Source: Kiritimatiellia bacterium (GTDB taxonomy: Bacteria > Verrucomicrobiota > Kiritimatiellia > RFP12 > DVOR01). Taken from it: 30,239 bases of DNA. A model generated the notes under the pieces. The model was given only the letters and a program-made list of their open reading frames with translations, had not been told where the DNA came from and did not search any database. The DNA lies in the NCBI GenBank assembly GCA_017457555.1, contig JAFTHG010000098.1, forward strand, positions 1 through 30,239, written 5' to 3'. The position numbers and the translations under genes are program-made. Shown one piece after another: positions 12,601 to 21,600 of the stretch (position 1 is the first letter of the stretch; each line of letters opens with the position of its first letter).

Positions 12601-12640
12601 GGATGGCGAACTTGAAATCGTAGTGCCTGCGGCTGTGTAG
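644..12640 (+). CDS. Giant secreted surface/adhesin-like protein, N-terminal segment (3,998 aa up to an in-frame TAG), with autotransporter-associated beta-strand repeats
   Basis: Signal peptide MKTTWIKSFLATGIKWLPCTVFLTAALATTVVQA|AE. Thr/Gly/Ala/Val-rich beta-helix composition. PATR-like repeats (GKLIKNGDGELVLTAANTYNTVTDVNAGVVTL; GQVKIPTGATITFTVANTYSGGTSIVEGATL; STYAGGTAIATGT). LamG-like domain and repeated beta-sandwich domains. Confidence 0.9.
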   Translation: MKTTWIKSFLATGIKWLPCTVFLTAALATTVVQAAEVSYSWNKKKGFVDATGTPVVIDKDFTITAKFTMPSTVNSGDVIVFNATKGDGTSVGGLGVKGWSGTQVSYLVGEATQGSGGHYSEDRFSNTDTKANGSGVNTLTITATGFNAGAVASSNFKMDFAGAGTAGSVENNGASGEAGPTNGSFGTDPFSFTGVTLADGASLISATLTMALPDPVWEWDGTKTDGTLCDTVKTLPTKLGETVYSVSGQIFDLSTLNIPSKTFSFAFWTTREGPANWRDYAGFANEEGYLQVQRDDTGIFVQCYLQDGPTWGSGNNLPFALSSVSYQRVVLVHDTTVVKVYVDGKLISTNTVNSDTWASLSSDTGIMKYFGLGCAPSKTGGDNGRAGTAWIADARIYNVALSAGEVAAFYNAYDFYTETLGLKRSTSTALIEGGKYSIKVSAAEAAAGTLQIAVPNTAAVTDITWDVRYFDEVENLTATFDAATKTYTFSFTPITEVGVENAEVIAVNFVNEYSQLTGAFNNMEMVGFAAPGKGDKIALRHWNHFQIANGTNVATTGSEGGTYTLSWSSPNVWYNGSTDSTVGKLLYGYLDNNFSLTLEGLPVTGYDVAIISGGDGGAFSPITVNGTAYIGSEGATVEGSGSWGTRSNGGALTEGTNVLYVPNVYGSTLEISQPNNATNARGALSAIQVFIHPAAGAQDFTAAPSGTSVTFSSIDWDEGTFVGGEANTATLTLEPGTTLTFDESPMLAELKLISSGEVTVALGGSVTSLDIALADINSFNYAEVGQLNIGSLTATALTAPGGTTLAMVSPSQITTLTRANGSTIKFSEAVTGEESVLLLQDNTTVETTGNVTINGSIKETLKGRGWTLSGGTSTISDSFYLAAGAAWANPGNKASLKIENGATLTVNGTASTLGRNKTDGAMMFAECGNGSTVTITGEGSALSVPNGAINLSRDGATTATVSDGASLTAYKLGGTSNSSTLTINNATLVLGKADATDGTVQMTAGKLILDGATLSANGDWSVNTGSTASQIEVANTLTVNPNGKTITLRNMTFQTGAALTATGSGVLDIRELSGMDAYTKTLSGTVNVKTAAGSEGTVTLGDDATITLYLSSQQMITGYTAAGVTGNGTIVFMDPDGNEVTEGVSGNVYLPATPRWTATTATGSWSDTTLWSTGTVPTSGDIVIDITGVTDDVTLTVDATTTLGTVTVLGGENTLTFSPTATNALTVSKIDLSANTDVRNGITLTADGTVVIAEGATLTVPNNMVYSGDAISLAADGLPARVTGPGTLALDLGASTSVNLTGSNANYKLGLTVLSGTLNLPNKGGDGPGKGRIITVSGSSSKLKLSNDDAMGWNYAAGQKVALYDGGTLWITKRDTMVADVDMRAGKILLDKSANANRGLDLYHANIFTVYAAEGATATAPTESSFTFSSDTATAGQTVLIRDGDLTFDVKANARLTVDAKLVAGEAGLNAGGTPGKLIKNGDGELVLTAANTYNTVTDVNAGVVTLSGNGKFGSGTVTLASGAVVNLVVADGATKNLTAYGSLSAVAGSIIRKSGAGALTMDTAFAGKVEVLGGTLALGTRRDVTIAALADGAVVELTRATGEQTITIPTTLTAAPAASAFSIAGQAPESVTLENGNLVVTPRSASYYWVPAGTDTNWLTLNNWRFGSVTGSAATELPTAVSDVYVVVPKTTAVTLTLDGDVTVNTMTVLASGTGENGTLTIDGTASLTATSLTVEEATVETAKLNVPTVTLNTNAQVIATVAEGTTWNVNRLSGVGTFVKNGVGTLQLAVPSSTARTVAEGVTITVNDGVLQTYLNGNDNNPILKNVVLNFAAEADGFRSHGWLGLDGSVTVNTAADLTFAAAVGAVPSLQGSGTLVKQGAGTFTWDLRGGEHANPMTIEAGAIAFAGSGSQTAAISGAGQVKIPTGATITFTVANTYSGGTSIVEGATLTANDTNGLGTAAITGAGKLIVNGYPANATVRNSLGDTAWMGHYVNTADNTLADNGNWLGAVGNTSSIVEFTGVNAGHLAKAGSMNATLKVTGSITLNNGWSNNGGYTFNGALLGEGTLATTGDQTDVLKFLGETKDFAGTINVAGSHCVAFGEQADDGTKVGMLVVQTGKTANIAAGKIWTAVNGIEVAGTLSGTGKIGDETGANGTLKLVADACLDVTGGTLTVATLDTLPDTLTVKSAGALVTITDRIDVMTVTESVPTLTDVTVTLLNAEGQSLGADYALTSTTNADGDIIIQVMLAEEAETYTINMVEDGITSLTEALAGGVFGAGVTALPEESFNLVINFGDVAAGGTAVPGTFDLDHATDVKISVLTVKGTNGGTVTQTSEKDVTVAQTTIVSGVEVALPVTLVAKTQVADVAADARLVIQVPDNAGDITVATKITGAGAVALELADGATGTGSSVVFSATTSTYAGGTAIATGTHLKMAEANVLGTGAISGWNDGYGTLNFKPVISTTATTAPTLATDWAGTVVLEDVANVKGFTIPTYAPNANATVTLKNVTGWSATGKQTLVGNLILEENGYQPTDGSSSNRANLVVTGKLKGNGWIKAPTKGNFYYGYSFADASEFTGSIHLATGYGARTSVIFGVLDSWSSAYDGNVTILEGTTATIAESAVWTPAANHAIVVNGTVGGAGTIATKLTVGEGATLLASADSCLKLAADTTLSLPTQFTVQLPENTTLQPGVPFVILDRADTTTLSVTGSTVTVMSGTTPVEDAILSVTTDGDVAVQIPAAFEAEVSAVNVAWEDLAWTKGGVATTDKPSALDRATLKVQVADACITSDTLLTIGQLAVEGEAVALRFTRDCITQAMYEAIPTTVTLVETATGLDEKITVQVATLKYGALATVTQTETVATAALTLPEGAAQGSGATIYSISLALNGYQIADTDVTGLDGYEVLGTNWTRITGGQSSASGTADLIAVPLSDATSNTAQQTVTAGAISYTVGNNFYRAPNAPIPLLKGYADDGGTTSLSINLPAEEAAKGYTVIVYASNDSASDNYNFANFTVNDVHYTAVNGKTQEGTAGWGNPGPYDSSESALAEGVNTLIVKNQTAATVTISENNSGSSRGGLAGVQIVFESVDYELIPGVTATVTAATADTVVAWSDLTWVDDDGNPATAPVANTPATVVFESDASLDLTGATALQIQVLGYNHRVRFTPESVPETVPFVFSEDTIYRLATAADTLPENVERMPGTLRYEYTYDATTTAYATISKTVSDFTEGFSGNFSANGGTIRFSGGEVVLPNVNGSATATTVVFGGTSRTTVADIMRLGEGEFIVRDTASVTTSRLSLSDGAPGYTTALTLEDSAQIRVTGTTNVDQNTASIMVGHWNGVSSLTLRDNARLIAEATDVLVGKTGNTQTITLEGGEMRVRGVKLSANASGTNTLTLAGGTLLVGKTGINHYGSTTLALNFEGGALGALTDTVMLGADAAATIATLTGTPTFASEADATLELTQEEPFLTGGAVVNQSGTLQVGDITLNEMTLEGGTLKVVGGLDVETLTAASSSKIAFDRGVLTATTCTLSDPVTLEIPLRNRLSEGGYIQMRNGGVLPDLSGTIVSLVLDANRTDAEKVLPEVPLVLGAYTDGTEPNVKGFGLTNNTNNAIADSELVLQQGDLGAGLYVSLTGTEVLKRHDAILNQTTPGTGYDLLQNTADAYPYYYFTATVSDARLLIPAGGVAVSHPTFSGEKTRIVVAGDTMVTPLKANSVAITTDIIFDLSAWASVLPDFVRGAVRDVPASFCLISGGITMAEGVTLEVDTGDFEIPAGFDVSVEATKDGLYLVIAANRPAHTVSVNFTDVTTPLVAPPAKPGVYATDVVAWNDLNSVYSSAALKVTDFGGMPSTTATSVDGTEATRLLVYTSKVNTFADAPSSMLKVWLSDTAEQTIRIQNVPFEAYRVALIFANDLEAAAYAPIQVGEGTYTMDGEGYTRRDISAYTVKHATTGLVTLEVSGDAAWGTTDAPEAAEPVVLGQNALITDVLTDGELEIVVPAAV
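1421..1873 (+). other. LamG / concanavalin-A-like beta-sandwich domain within the giant protein
   Basis: Typical Laminin_G_3 motifs: TFSFAFW near the start, YQRVVLVHDTTVVKVYVDGKL, and IADARIYNVALSAGEVAAFY at the end. Confidence 0.75.
2252..2716 (+). repeat. Unnamed beta-sandwich domain, copy 1
   Basis: LLYGYLD...LPVTGYDVAII...GSWG...EGTNVL...TLEI...RGALSAIQVF. Confidence 0.65.
9281..9898 (+). repeat. Unnamed beta-sandwich domain, copy 2
   Basis: LLKGYADD...GYTVIVYA...AGWG...EGVNTL...TVTI...RGGLAGVQIV. Confidence 0.65.
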
Positions 12641-12682
12641 GGTCGCCTCTATGCAGGTTTGGCAGCCCTGCAGATTGTGGAA
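12029..12682 (+). repeat. Unnamed beta-sandwich domain, copy 3 (spans the TAG)
   Basis: VSVNF...MLKVWLSD...VPFEAYRVALIF...AAWG...LGQNAL...ELEIVVPAAV*GRLYAGLAALQIV. Confidence 0.7.
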
Positions 12683-15600
12683 GCTTCGGAAGTAGCTGCC
12701 GTCACGACAGCTGCAACCTACAGTTACACCTTTACGACGGCGGGTGAATACAATCTTGCCGATCTGGTGCTGACAACGGCGAGTGGTTCCACATCGTGGG
12801 TAAATGCCACATCCAACAGTTTGGCTCTTACCAGTGACGTGGATGTCGTAGTAACACTGCCGATAGATTTCGTGGCAGACACTGTGGCGCTCGCCGGTGC
12901 GGGTAAGATTACCTTGAAGGTAGAAAATAATGGTGGTGCACTCCTCAATACACTGGATGCGTCTGCCATGACTGGCGATGTTACGATTGACTTCGCATGT
13001 CAGGATGTCGCTTTCTCGGCTTCTGCAGGGACAACGACCTTCAATAAGGCGTTCAATAACAACGGTCAACCCTATGTGATCGCAGAAGGTGCAACGCTCG
13101 TTCTGGGTGAACAGAGTGGCATTACCACGAATATGGAACCGACGCTCTTTAGCACCAATTCGGCGATGCTTGCGATTGACAGTGCCTCAAAGGGAACTTT
13201 GCGCCGTAACTATCCGGTGACACAGAATCGTCCCGGTCAGTATGGTTATGCGTGGGATATCACGTTGGCTTACCGTGATGCAACCTTTACCAATGATGCT
13301 TATTGGCAACCCAGTTTGTTAATTGAAGAGGGGGATACGCTTCAGACAGGTGGCAATAACCTCTGGGTCACCGGCAATACCACACGTCGTACATTCACCT
13401 ATCGTCAGACAGGTGGCACGTTCACGATGGGGAACACAACGAATAATAATAATGGTTTCCTCTTTGGACCTGCCGGAAATAATGCTCAGGTTGATGGCGA
13501 TATCACCATTTCCGGTGGCCGTTTGCATACCTCTGCTATTCTGGCATGGGATGCTTCGGCACAAGTGGCCGTGACGGTTTCTGGCACGGGTTGCCTGTCA
13601 CTCTGGAATAAGTTGCACGCACAGCAGAATGCAGCTGTAACGGCAACTTTCTCGGAAGGTGGTACTCTGGAATTGGCAAATACCGCATTGAATAAGGGCG
13701 GTACGGGCTCGGTGACGGTCACCTTCAATGGAGGTCGGATTACCACGCAGCAGCCGACCTCTACGATGACGCTTCCAGTGGCCTTCACAGGTACGGACGT
13801 GGCTCCGACCACGCTGGCTCCTGAAGAAGGTTGTACATTGGTCTTGAATGCAGAAAATACGGGATCGGGCGTGATTGAAGTTACGCGCGGAACCGTGGCG
13901 GTGGCGAATGCCGCTGCGCTCGCATCGACCTCTACCACAGTGAAAGCGGGAGCCACCGTTGAAGCACGTGGCTTTGCCGCAGGTACCGCAATGAGCAACA
14001 CCGTGACCTTTGAAGAAGGCGCAACACTCTCGGCGACGGCTGCCGATGGTGTAACGACGGTTCGCATTGCGGGTTCGCTGGAGTTGCCGGCGGATCAGAG
14101 CACGATTCACTATCGCTTGAATGGCGAACTCTATGATGGCGTGACGGTGGATGCTACTGCCGGAACGGTCACCTTCACCACAAAGGTGACGGTGACGGAT
14201 GTCACTTGGGATGCCGCGCAAGATGCCGGCGTCTGGGGTGAAGGTATTGCCGGTCCGTGGGTGGATGGCGCAACCTATTACAATGGTGCTGCTGTTACGT
14301 TTGTGAATGCAACGCCAGCCAAGGTGGATGTCACGGTGCAGGGCGATGTGCGTCCCGGCTCGGTGGCATGGGGTGCCTCGTCTGCGGATACCTACCGTTT
14401 TGTCGGTGCATCTGATCTGTCGTTCCTGACGCTCACAAGCGCGACACCTGATATGGGATCTGGTCAGGTTTATGAAATTCCGGTGGCAACGTCAAGTGCC
14501 GCGGCCCTGTCCGGCAACAGCAACATCTACCGTTTGATTGGTGAACTTTCCAACGGTCGTAAGACGGCCTCGCTGGTAAGCGCATCCAATAATGTCCTCA
14601 ATCGTGAGAATGGTGATGGCACAGAAGCGTTGAACCATGGTGTGTGGTGCACGGAGGGTGTCACACTTACGCCTCTGGCTGGCGAAATTCAAATCGTTTC
14701 GGCCATGGGGTCGACGGATACGGCTAAGCGTTCGCACCTCTCCGGTTCGGGCAATGTCACCATTACAGGTGGCGGCACCGTACAGTTTGGTGGTCGTGTA
14801 ATTGAAACAAGTGCAACTGATGTGCCTTATCAGAACAAAGCCTTCTCCGGCCAGATCATCATTCAGGACGGTTCGACTTTGGATATCACGATGGTGCGCG
14901 ATCGCAATGACGCTGCGTATCGTGCTCGCGATGACTACTCGTTCTTTGCAACCACACTTGGCTTGGATGGCAATGCGTTAACCACTCAAGATGGGGCAGG
15001 CGCTCCCTTGTGGATAAATGATACTGTCGGTGTCCGCGTATTGGATGGCGGCACTTTCCGTGTGTCGGGTTGCCGCAGTATCTTTGGTGGTTGGGCTAAC
15101 CGCAATGATACCAACCTGATCGCTTCGTATCCGTTGGAAATCGGTACTGAAGCAACCGCAGAGTTCAGCTTTGCGGCACTTGAACAGGTCTTCCCGCACG
15201 GCTTCCGCTTCATCGGTAATGGTGCAACATTGTTGGCCACGCAGAATATGTTTGTCACTGGTGGTACGACCTTGAAGGTTGCCGGTATCGGTGATGACGG
15301 CGATCGTGCTGATCCTGCAACGGATACGGCTCTGGATACCAATGGTAATCCTGTCAATGCAGATACCTATGGTAAGTTGACGGCAGGTATTACGGCTGAA
15401 ATCGCTTCCGGTGCCACAACGGGTCTGGTGCCGTGGAGTCAGCCCAATTCGGCCGCGAATCCGCTTGAACTTGCGGTTGGCGAAGGTTCTACCTTAAACA
15501 TCACGGCAAATCTCCTGGCGTTGAATGGCAATGCAGCCTCTCGTGGCCGTTTCTCCTTCAAGAAGACGGGCACAGGTGTTGTGCGCTTTATGCAGACGAT

Positions 15601-18600
15601 GATTGATGCGGAAACACAGATTCAGGTGACGGAAGGCGCCTTAGGTGGTTCGGCAACCTTTACGGCTGCCGGCACCGCTGTAACCGCCGCTGCCGGTACG
15701 ACGGTGGAAGCTGGTCTCTCGGTTCCGTTGCTGTCGTTGGCAGACTCGGTGACTATGGCGATCAATCCCACGGGCGCAACCGTATTGCACGCAGATCGTC
15801 TCACCTTCACGGCGAGCGGCCGCTACACCATCGCCTCGCTCTTGCCAGAAGCAGAGATTCCGGAAGCAGAAGGACTGCCGGCAATGAAGGTGGTCAGTTG
15901 GAATACAATGCGCGCAGCAGACTCGGCAATCTTTACGCTGGACGATGTACTGACGGCAAAGGGTTATGGTCTGGAATTACGGACAGATGGTCTTTACCTC
16001 ATGAAGCAGGTGACCTACGTCCGTGAATTGGATATCGCCACAGCGGGTTCACATCGTGTGGTCTGGTATTCCAATAAGGCGTGGTACCGTTTGGATGATG
16101 CGGCGAAAACCCCGCGGAATTATGATCCTGAAGCGGGTGAAGCGGTGACCGCACTCTTCCTTCTGCCGGAAAGCTTTGCCGCAGAAAATGCTGCATTGCC
16201 GAAGATTACGCTGGTGCTTTCCAAGGAAGTTGCCTTCGCCAATATCCGCTTCGCCGCTCCAGTGGAAGTGAATGGTGAAACCACGTTGAAAACGCTTCCG
16301 GTGACGGTGGTCTACGAGTACAACCTCACCAATGAAACGATGCCTGAGGCTGATCGCGCCGTTCGCTTCACGTGGGTACCGACGCTTGTTCTGATGCGTG
16401 ATGGTAATCCGGGTCTGGCGAGCCTGCAGGTCAGTGTGCCGACGGGTTATGAATACACCGTCAGCAATACCACGGTGATGGTCTACGCTTCGGCTGCAGC
16501 TCCGGCACTGAATATCAACTTCACAGAGGGTGTTGCCGGCGATGCAACGTGGGTTGCAGAAACCGCAGATCCTTGCGGCGCCGTGCCATTTGCCGGAGTC
16601 TATTGGAACAATGCTTCCACAACCAATGGTAATCTCTTGCTTGAAGAAGGCAATCATTCGGTCATGTTGCTGTCGGCTCTGCCGGCAGGTATTGAACCGA
16701 ATGCCGAGGGGCAGGTTGTCCCGTGCGAAGTGACGTATGCCTTCAATCAGGCAACCTCCGTTTCCTCGCGGATGACGGGTAATGATGATGCCGCAATTGT
16801 TGCAGGCTTCCTCGCCGGAAATCGAACGAATGCGCTGACGGAATCGATCCTGACAGCTGGAAACTTCACCAATGCCGGAACGCAAAACGGCTGGCAGGTG
16901 CGTCTTGCCTCGGTGCCTTTTGAAACTTATGACCTTTATCTCATTCTGGCAGGTAATTCGGATGATACGGTGACGTATCCTTCCATCCGTGTCAAGGTGG
17001 GCAGTGCAGATTGGCGCACGTTCTCAATGGTTAATGGTTGGGCCGCTCCGGCAAATCGCACAGCGACATGGCAGGGCGTGGGCAATCTGGTCAAGGGCGA
17101 ATTCGTGGCTGGCAAGAATATGCTTCACCTCCGTGTTCAGACGGCGGCGGGCAGTTCGCTTGAAATTGCTCCATGGGATAATGGCCAGACATCGGATGGT
17201 GCTGCTGCGGCAGTGGGTCTGGCGGCACTCCAGGTTGTGCGTTGTGATGACGCAGCCAAGCTGGAACGTGTCGGAGCTGGTAAGTGGTCGGATGCCGGTG
17301 GCTGGCGCTGGTCAATCACGGGTGGTACGGACTCCGGCGCATGGTTTGATGCAACGGCGGAAAAACCGCACTACGCCGCCATTCCGATGGTACAGCAGTT
17401 GGATGCAGACAAGATTGTTTCGGTGCCGTATCTGGCACTGACCGGATCGGGTTCGATGATTCTGAAGGGTACGGACGCTGCAATTTCGACAGGTACTCTG
17501 GATTTGAGTGCGGTTGAACCCGGAGCCTCGCTGACCTTCGGTGCAGACGTTTTTGCCGAACCTATTAACGTGATTTTGGCTCCGGAAGTAACGATCTGTG
17601 TGCCGGAAAGCAGCACAGGGACGGTTGAAAACTATTGGCGTTGGTTGAATGATGATGCCGGCAATGGAGTGGATTCCACGTCTGCAACCATTCAGAAGAA
17701 GTTGGCAGGGGATGTAATCTTCTTCAATCCGATCTCGGCCAATCTCCAAATTGATGACGGCACCTTGTGGCTGGCATCCAATGCTAATGGTTCTGCCGCC
17801 GGACGTGTCTCCGGTGCGGGTACCTTCGGTAAGAAGGGCACGGGCACGTTGACCCATTCGGGCACATTCTCGCTCTCGGGCTCCACACCGATTCGCGTGT
17901 CGGAAGGTACGCTTGCGCTGTCGAACGCCTTGACGGGCATCTCGGGCGGTTCCACGGTTTTGGTGGATGGCGGTCGCTTGGAAATGCCTTCTGGCGGTGG
18001 TTTCACCACAGGCGCAATCGTCCGTTTGGAACGTGGCTTCCTGCTCTGCCGTGGTACGATGACAAACAATTTGCCGGTTGCACGTCTGGCGAATGGTTCA
18101 ACAATCCGCATTGATGGCGTTGGCGGTTGGCAGGGTTACACCTTCCAGTCGATGATTGCAGAAGGTGGTAATAATGAACTCATCGTTGCCAGCGCTGGTG
18201 CTGGTGGCGCTTGCGTTGATGTGCGGAATGAATTTGTTGTGATGCCGGGTGCAACATTGACGGTTACTCGTCCATCCAGTGGTGGTTTACGTGTTATCTC
18301 CGGTGTCGTTGATGTCCGTGATGGCGGTACATTGATTACGAATTCCCGTATCGGTCGTGGTAATGCCAGAGGTTACGGCTCCGCAACGGACTTGCTGACC
18401 AAGAAGGGCGCAGGCCTTTGGCAGATTGGGCAGGTGCTCTCTGCAAAAGGTGACGCATCCTGGGGGCAGACGTTGGATATCGCAGAGGGTGAAGTGCGCT
18501 TCGCTCTAAATGGTGCCAACTACGATGCAGCAAATGAAACACCGATTACGGTTAAGGCCGGAGCCCGGATGTCTGGTAATGTAACCTTCATTGATAAGTC

Positions 18601-21600
18601 TCCTGTCACCTTTGAAGAGGGCGCGATTGTCCGTAATGGTGTACCGGGTGTTTCGGGTAGCCGTCTGACCTTCCATACTGTTACCTTTAATAAGGGCACG
18701 GTCTTTGAGATGGATCTGCGGAATACCACTGCGCTGACGATCAGCAATGCTGCGACCTTCACGGCAGGTGAAATGTCGGTGCGTCTCTTGAATATGGGCG
18801 AATCCTTCACGGGTGAAAAGCAACTCATTGCCTGGCCGACTACAACGGGCGTGCCGTGCACCTTCACCTCGCCGGAAGCGATGGCGTTGGATGCGGTGCT
18901 TGAAACGCGTAATGATGGGCTTTACCTCGTTGCTTCGAATGCCTCTTACGTGTGGGCTGATCAGACAGATGTGTGGTCCTTGGAGGATGGCTGGGTCTAT
19001 CAGGGCACAGCAATCTCGTATCCTGAAATGGACTCGACCACGGATGAAAACACTCCTGTAGCACGTCTGGTGGCATTTGATTCGGATGTGACCGTGACGG
19101 TTGACAAGGGTGAAGCACTTGCCGATGGTGCCGTATGGAAGGCAAAGTCCCTGATTGCCGCAGTGAATGCGGGCAAGACCTTGACGCTTACACAGGGTGC
19201 CACGTTGACGGGAGCCACGAAGCTCAATGCGGTGATGGCATGGAGTGATATCTGGAAACTGGGAGAGGGCGCGGCCATCTTCAGTGCACCGGTTCAACTC
19301 CGCAATGCCGGAGCTGGCGCATCGGTGAATGTGGCAGACGGCACCTTGACCCTGACGCATCCGATTACGACAACATTGCCTCCGACAGGCACGGCGTTGA
19401 CGGATGTGCCGGCAGATGTGGAAATTGCTGCCGACAGTGCGTTGGTCTACAATCTCTCTGCTTCGGCAGAGGAGTTGACGGTAATCAACAGTGCCTATAA
19501 TCCGCTGATGCAGACGTTGACCGGTGCCGTGACGGGCGAAGGTACGCTCCGTGTCCTTGGCGCAGACAATACGATTGTCCTTTCAACAACGGCTGATAGT
19601 GATGTGAATCTGGATGTTCAGGCAGGCCAGTTGACATTGAATGGCGAGGTGGCTCGTGGCGCAGCCCGTGCCACACGCCGCACCATCACGGTGGCGAAGG
19701 GAGCACAGCTCGCATTGGATGCGGAATACGTCCTCGGCGGTTCGACCAACATTCTCTGGACGTTGGCTGCTGATGCACAACAGGGAGCACAGGTCACGAC
19801 CTCTGGTGGTGCCCGTGTCCGCGGTGCTATTACGGTGACTCCGACCGACACTACGGCGCAGAATATTGCCACGTTGGGCACGACATATGCACAGTTGGAT
19901 GCGGCAACACGCATTCATGTCCCAGCTGCTACCACATTGGAAATGGGTGGCGAATGGGTCACGCCTGAAGATGCTGCACTCACAACGTCCCTGACGAAGA
20001 CGGGCGCAGGTCTGCTGACGATGACTGACTTCGACTGTAATATTCCGGTGACGTTGGCAGCAGGTGAAATCCGTTTGGGTGCCAATGCAGTGGATACGGT
20101 GAATTATAATGACCGTGCCACCACGCCGATTTGGACCATCGCTTCCGGTGCAACGCTCTCTCTGGGTGGCGGTACCTTCTCGTTGGACAATGGTGCTTTG
20201 GATGTTCAGTCCGGCGCGGTGTTGAATGGCGGTGTGGCGACGACCACTATTGATGCTGCCACGACCCTTGCAGATCGCACGGTGTTGACCTTTGGCGAAA
20301 GCAACTCAATCAACGTGGGTTCGATTCAGTTCAAACAGGCGACTGTGGTCAATGGCGTGATTACGGTCAATCTGGATGCCCTTTCTCCGGCAGACCTGAA
20401 TCAGACGAGTGTGACTCTGGTCACCTTTGATAATGGTATGCGTAATGGCACGGGCTCCTTCCAGCTCGGCGGCAATAAGTTGGTCGCATGGGCTGAAAAT
20501 GGTTGGACGCTGCGTGACAATGGCACGGAAGTGATCTTGCAGCACTTCGGTGGCGACACGGGTTATTACACCTGGGCTGGTGACGGCACGGCGGGTTCCA
20601 CAGGCGTGGGCAACTGGGCTAACGCCTTCTGGACGTCCTCGGCGGATTCCACAACCCTCGTGGCATGGCCGACGACTACAGATGTGCCGCCGTCGGTGAT
20701 GTTGCAGGATGTCAGCCCCGTGGATGGGGAAGCTATTCCGGAAGAGGCTCGTACGCTTGACTGGACGCTGCCATCGCAGGCGCTTGAATCTTTCTATGCG
20801 AAGAATAGCGATGCGGCCGATTACAAGATTACCTCTTCGAATGGTTCGGCACCGTTTGAAATTACCGGTGACTTCCTTAAGGCGGGAAGCGGTAAGCTCA
20901 CGGTGGAACGTCCGATTATCCTTGGTAAGGAAGGCGCTTTGCGTCTGCTCGGCGGTGAAACGGAATTGACCGGTTCCCTGACGGCTTCTTCGGGTGAATT
21001 CAAGAAACCGATTACGTTGGCTGGTGCCGATACGGTGCTGCGCTTCTCCGGCACCTCTTCTCGCGTCCTGATGGGCCTGCTGGAAGGTGACGAACAGGCC
21101 ACCCTGATTCAGTCCGGCACTGGCACACTGACGATCGGTGACAGCGTGGATAAACTCAAAGCCCTGGCTGTTGAGGCTGGTCATGTGCGCTTGATTGCAG
21201 ACGGTCAGTATGTCGTGGCTCCGGCTGTGACGGTGGCTGCGGGCGGCACCTTGACCTATGGCGGTACGTTGAGTGGTGCCGGCACGGTGCAGATGAGCAT
21301 GAATGCCGCAACGGCTCCGGCCGGTACGCTGGTCTGGAGTGCCACCACGCCGTCGGCTTCCGATAAGGCTCCGCGCTTGGGTGTACCTGCCGGACTTACG
21401 GATGCGGCCATTAAGGTGGACACCTTCCGTTATCAACCGGATGGCGGTCATCTGATTCTCGATCCGAATGCAGCCGTTTTGGCTCCCGGCTTCAAGCTTG
21501 AGATGATGGCTTCTGATGAAGTGACCTCGGCGCTCTGGCTGGGTGCTCAGGCATCTGCCGGCGATGCACTCACGGTTTCGAAACTCTCCGGCACGGGTAT

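Noticed and set aside
12638-12640. Genome-wide reassignment of TAG to a sense codon (code 15-like)
   Set aside because: Only one in-frame TAG occurs in more than 9,000 codons of credible CDS in the window, and a general reassignment should give many. Selenocysteine does not apply because it uses TGA.
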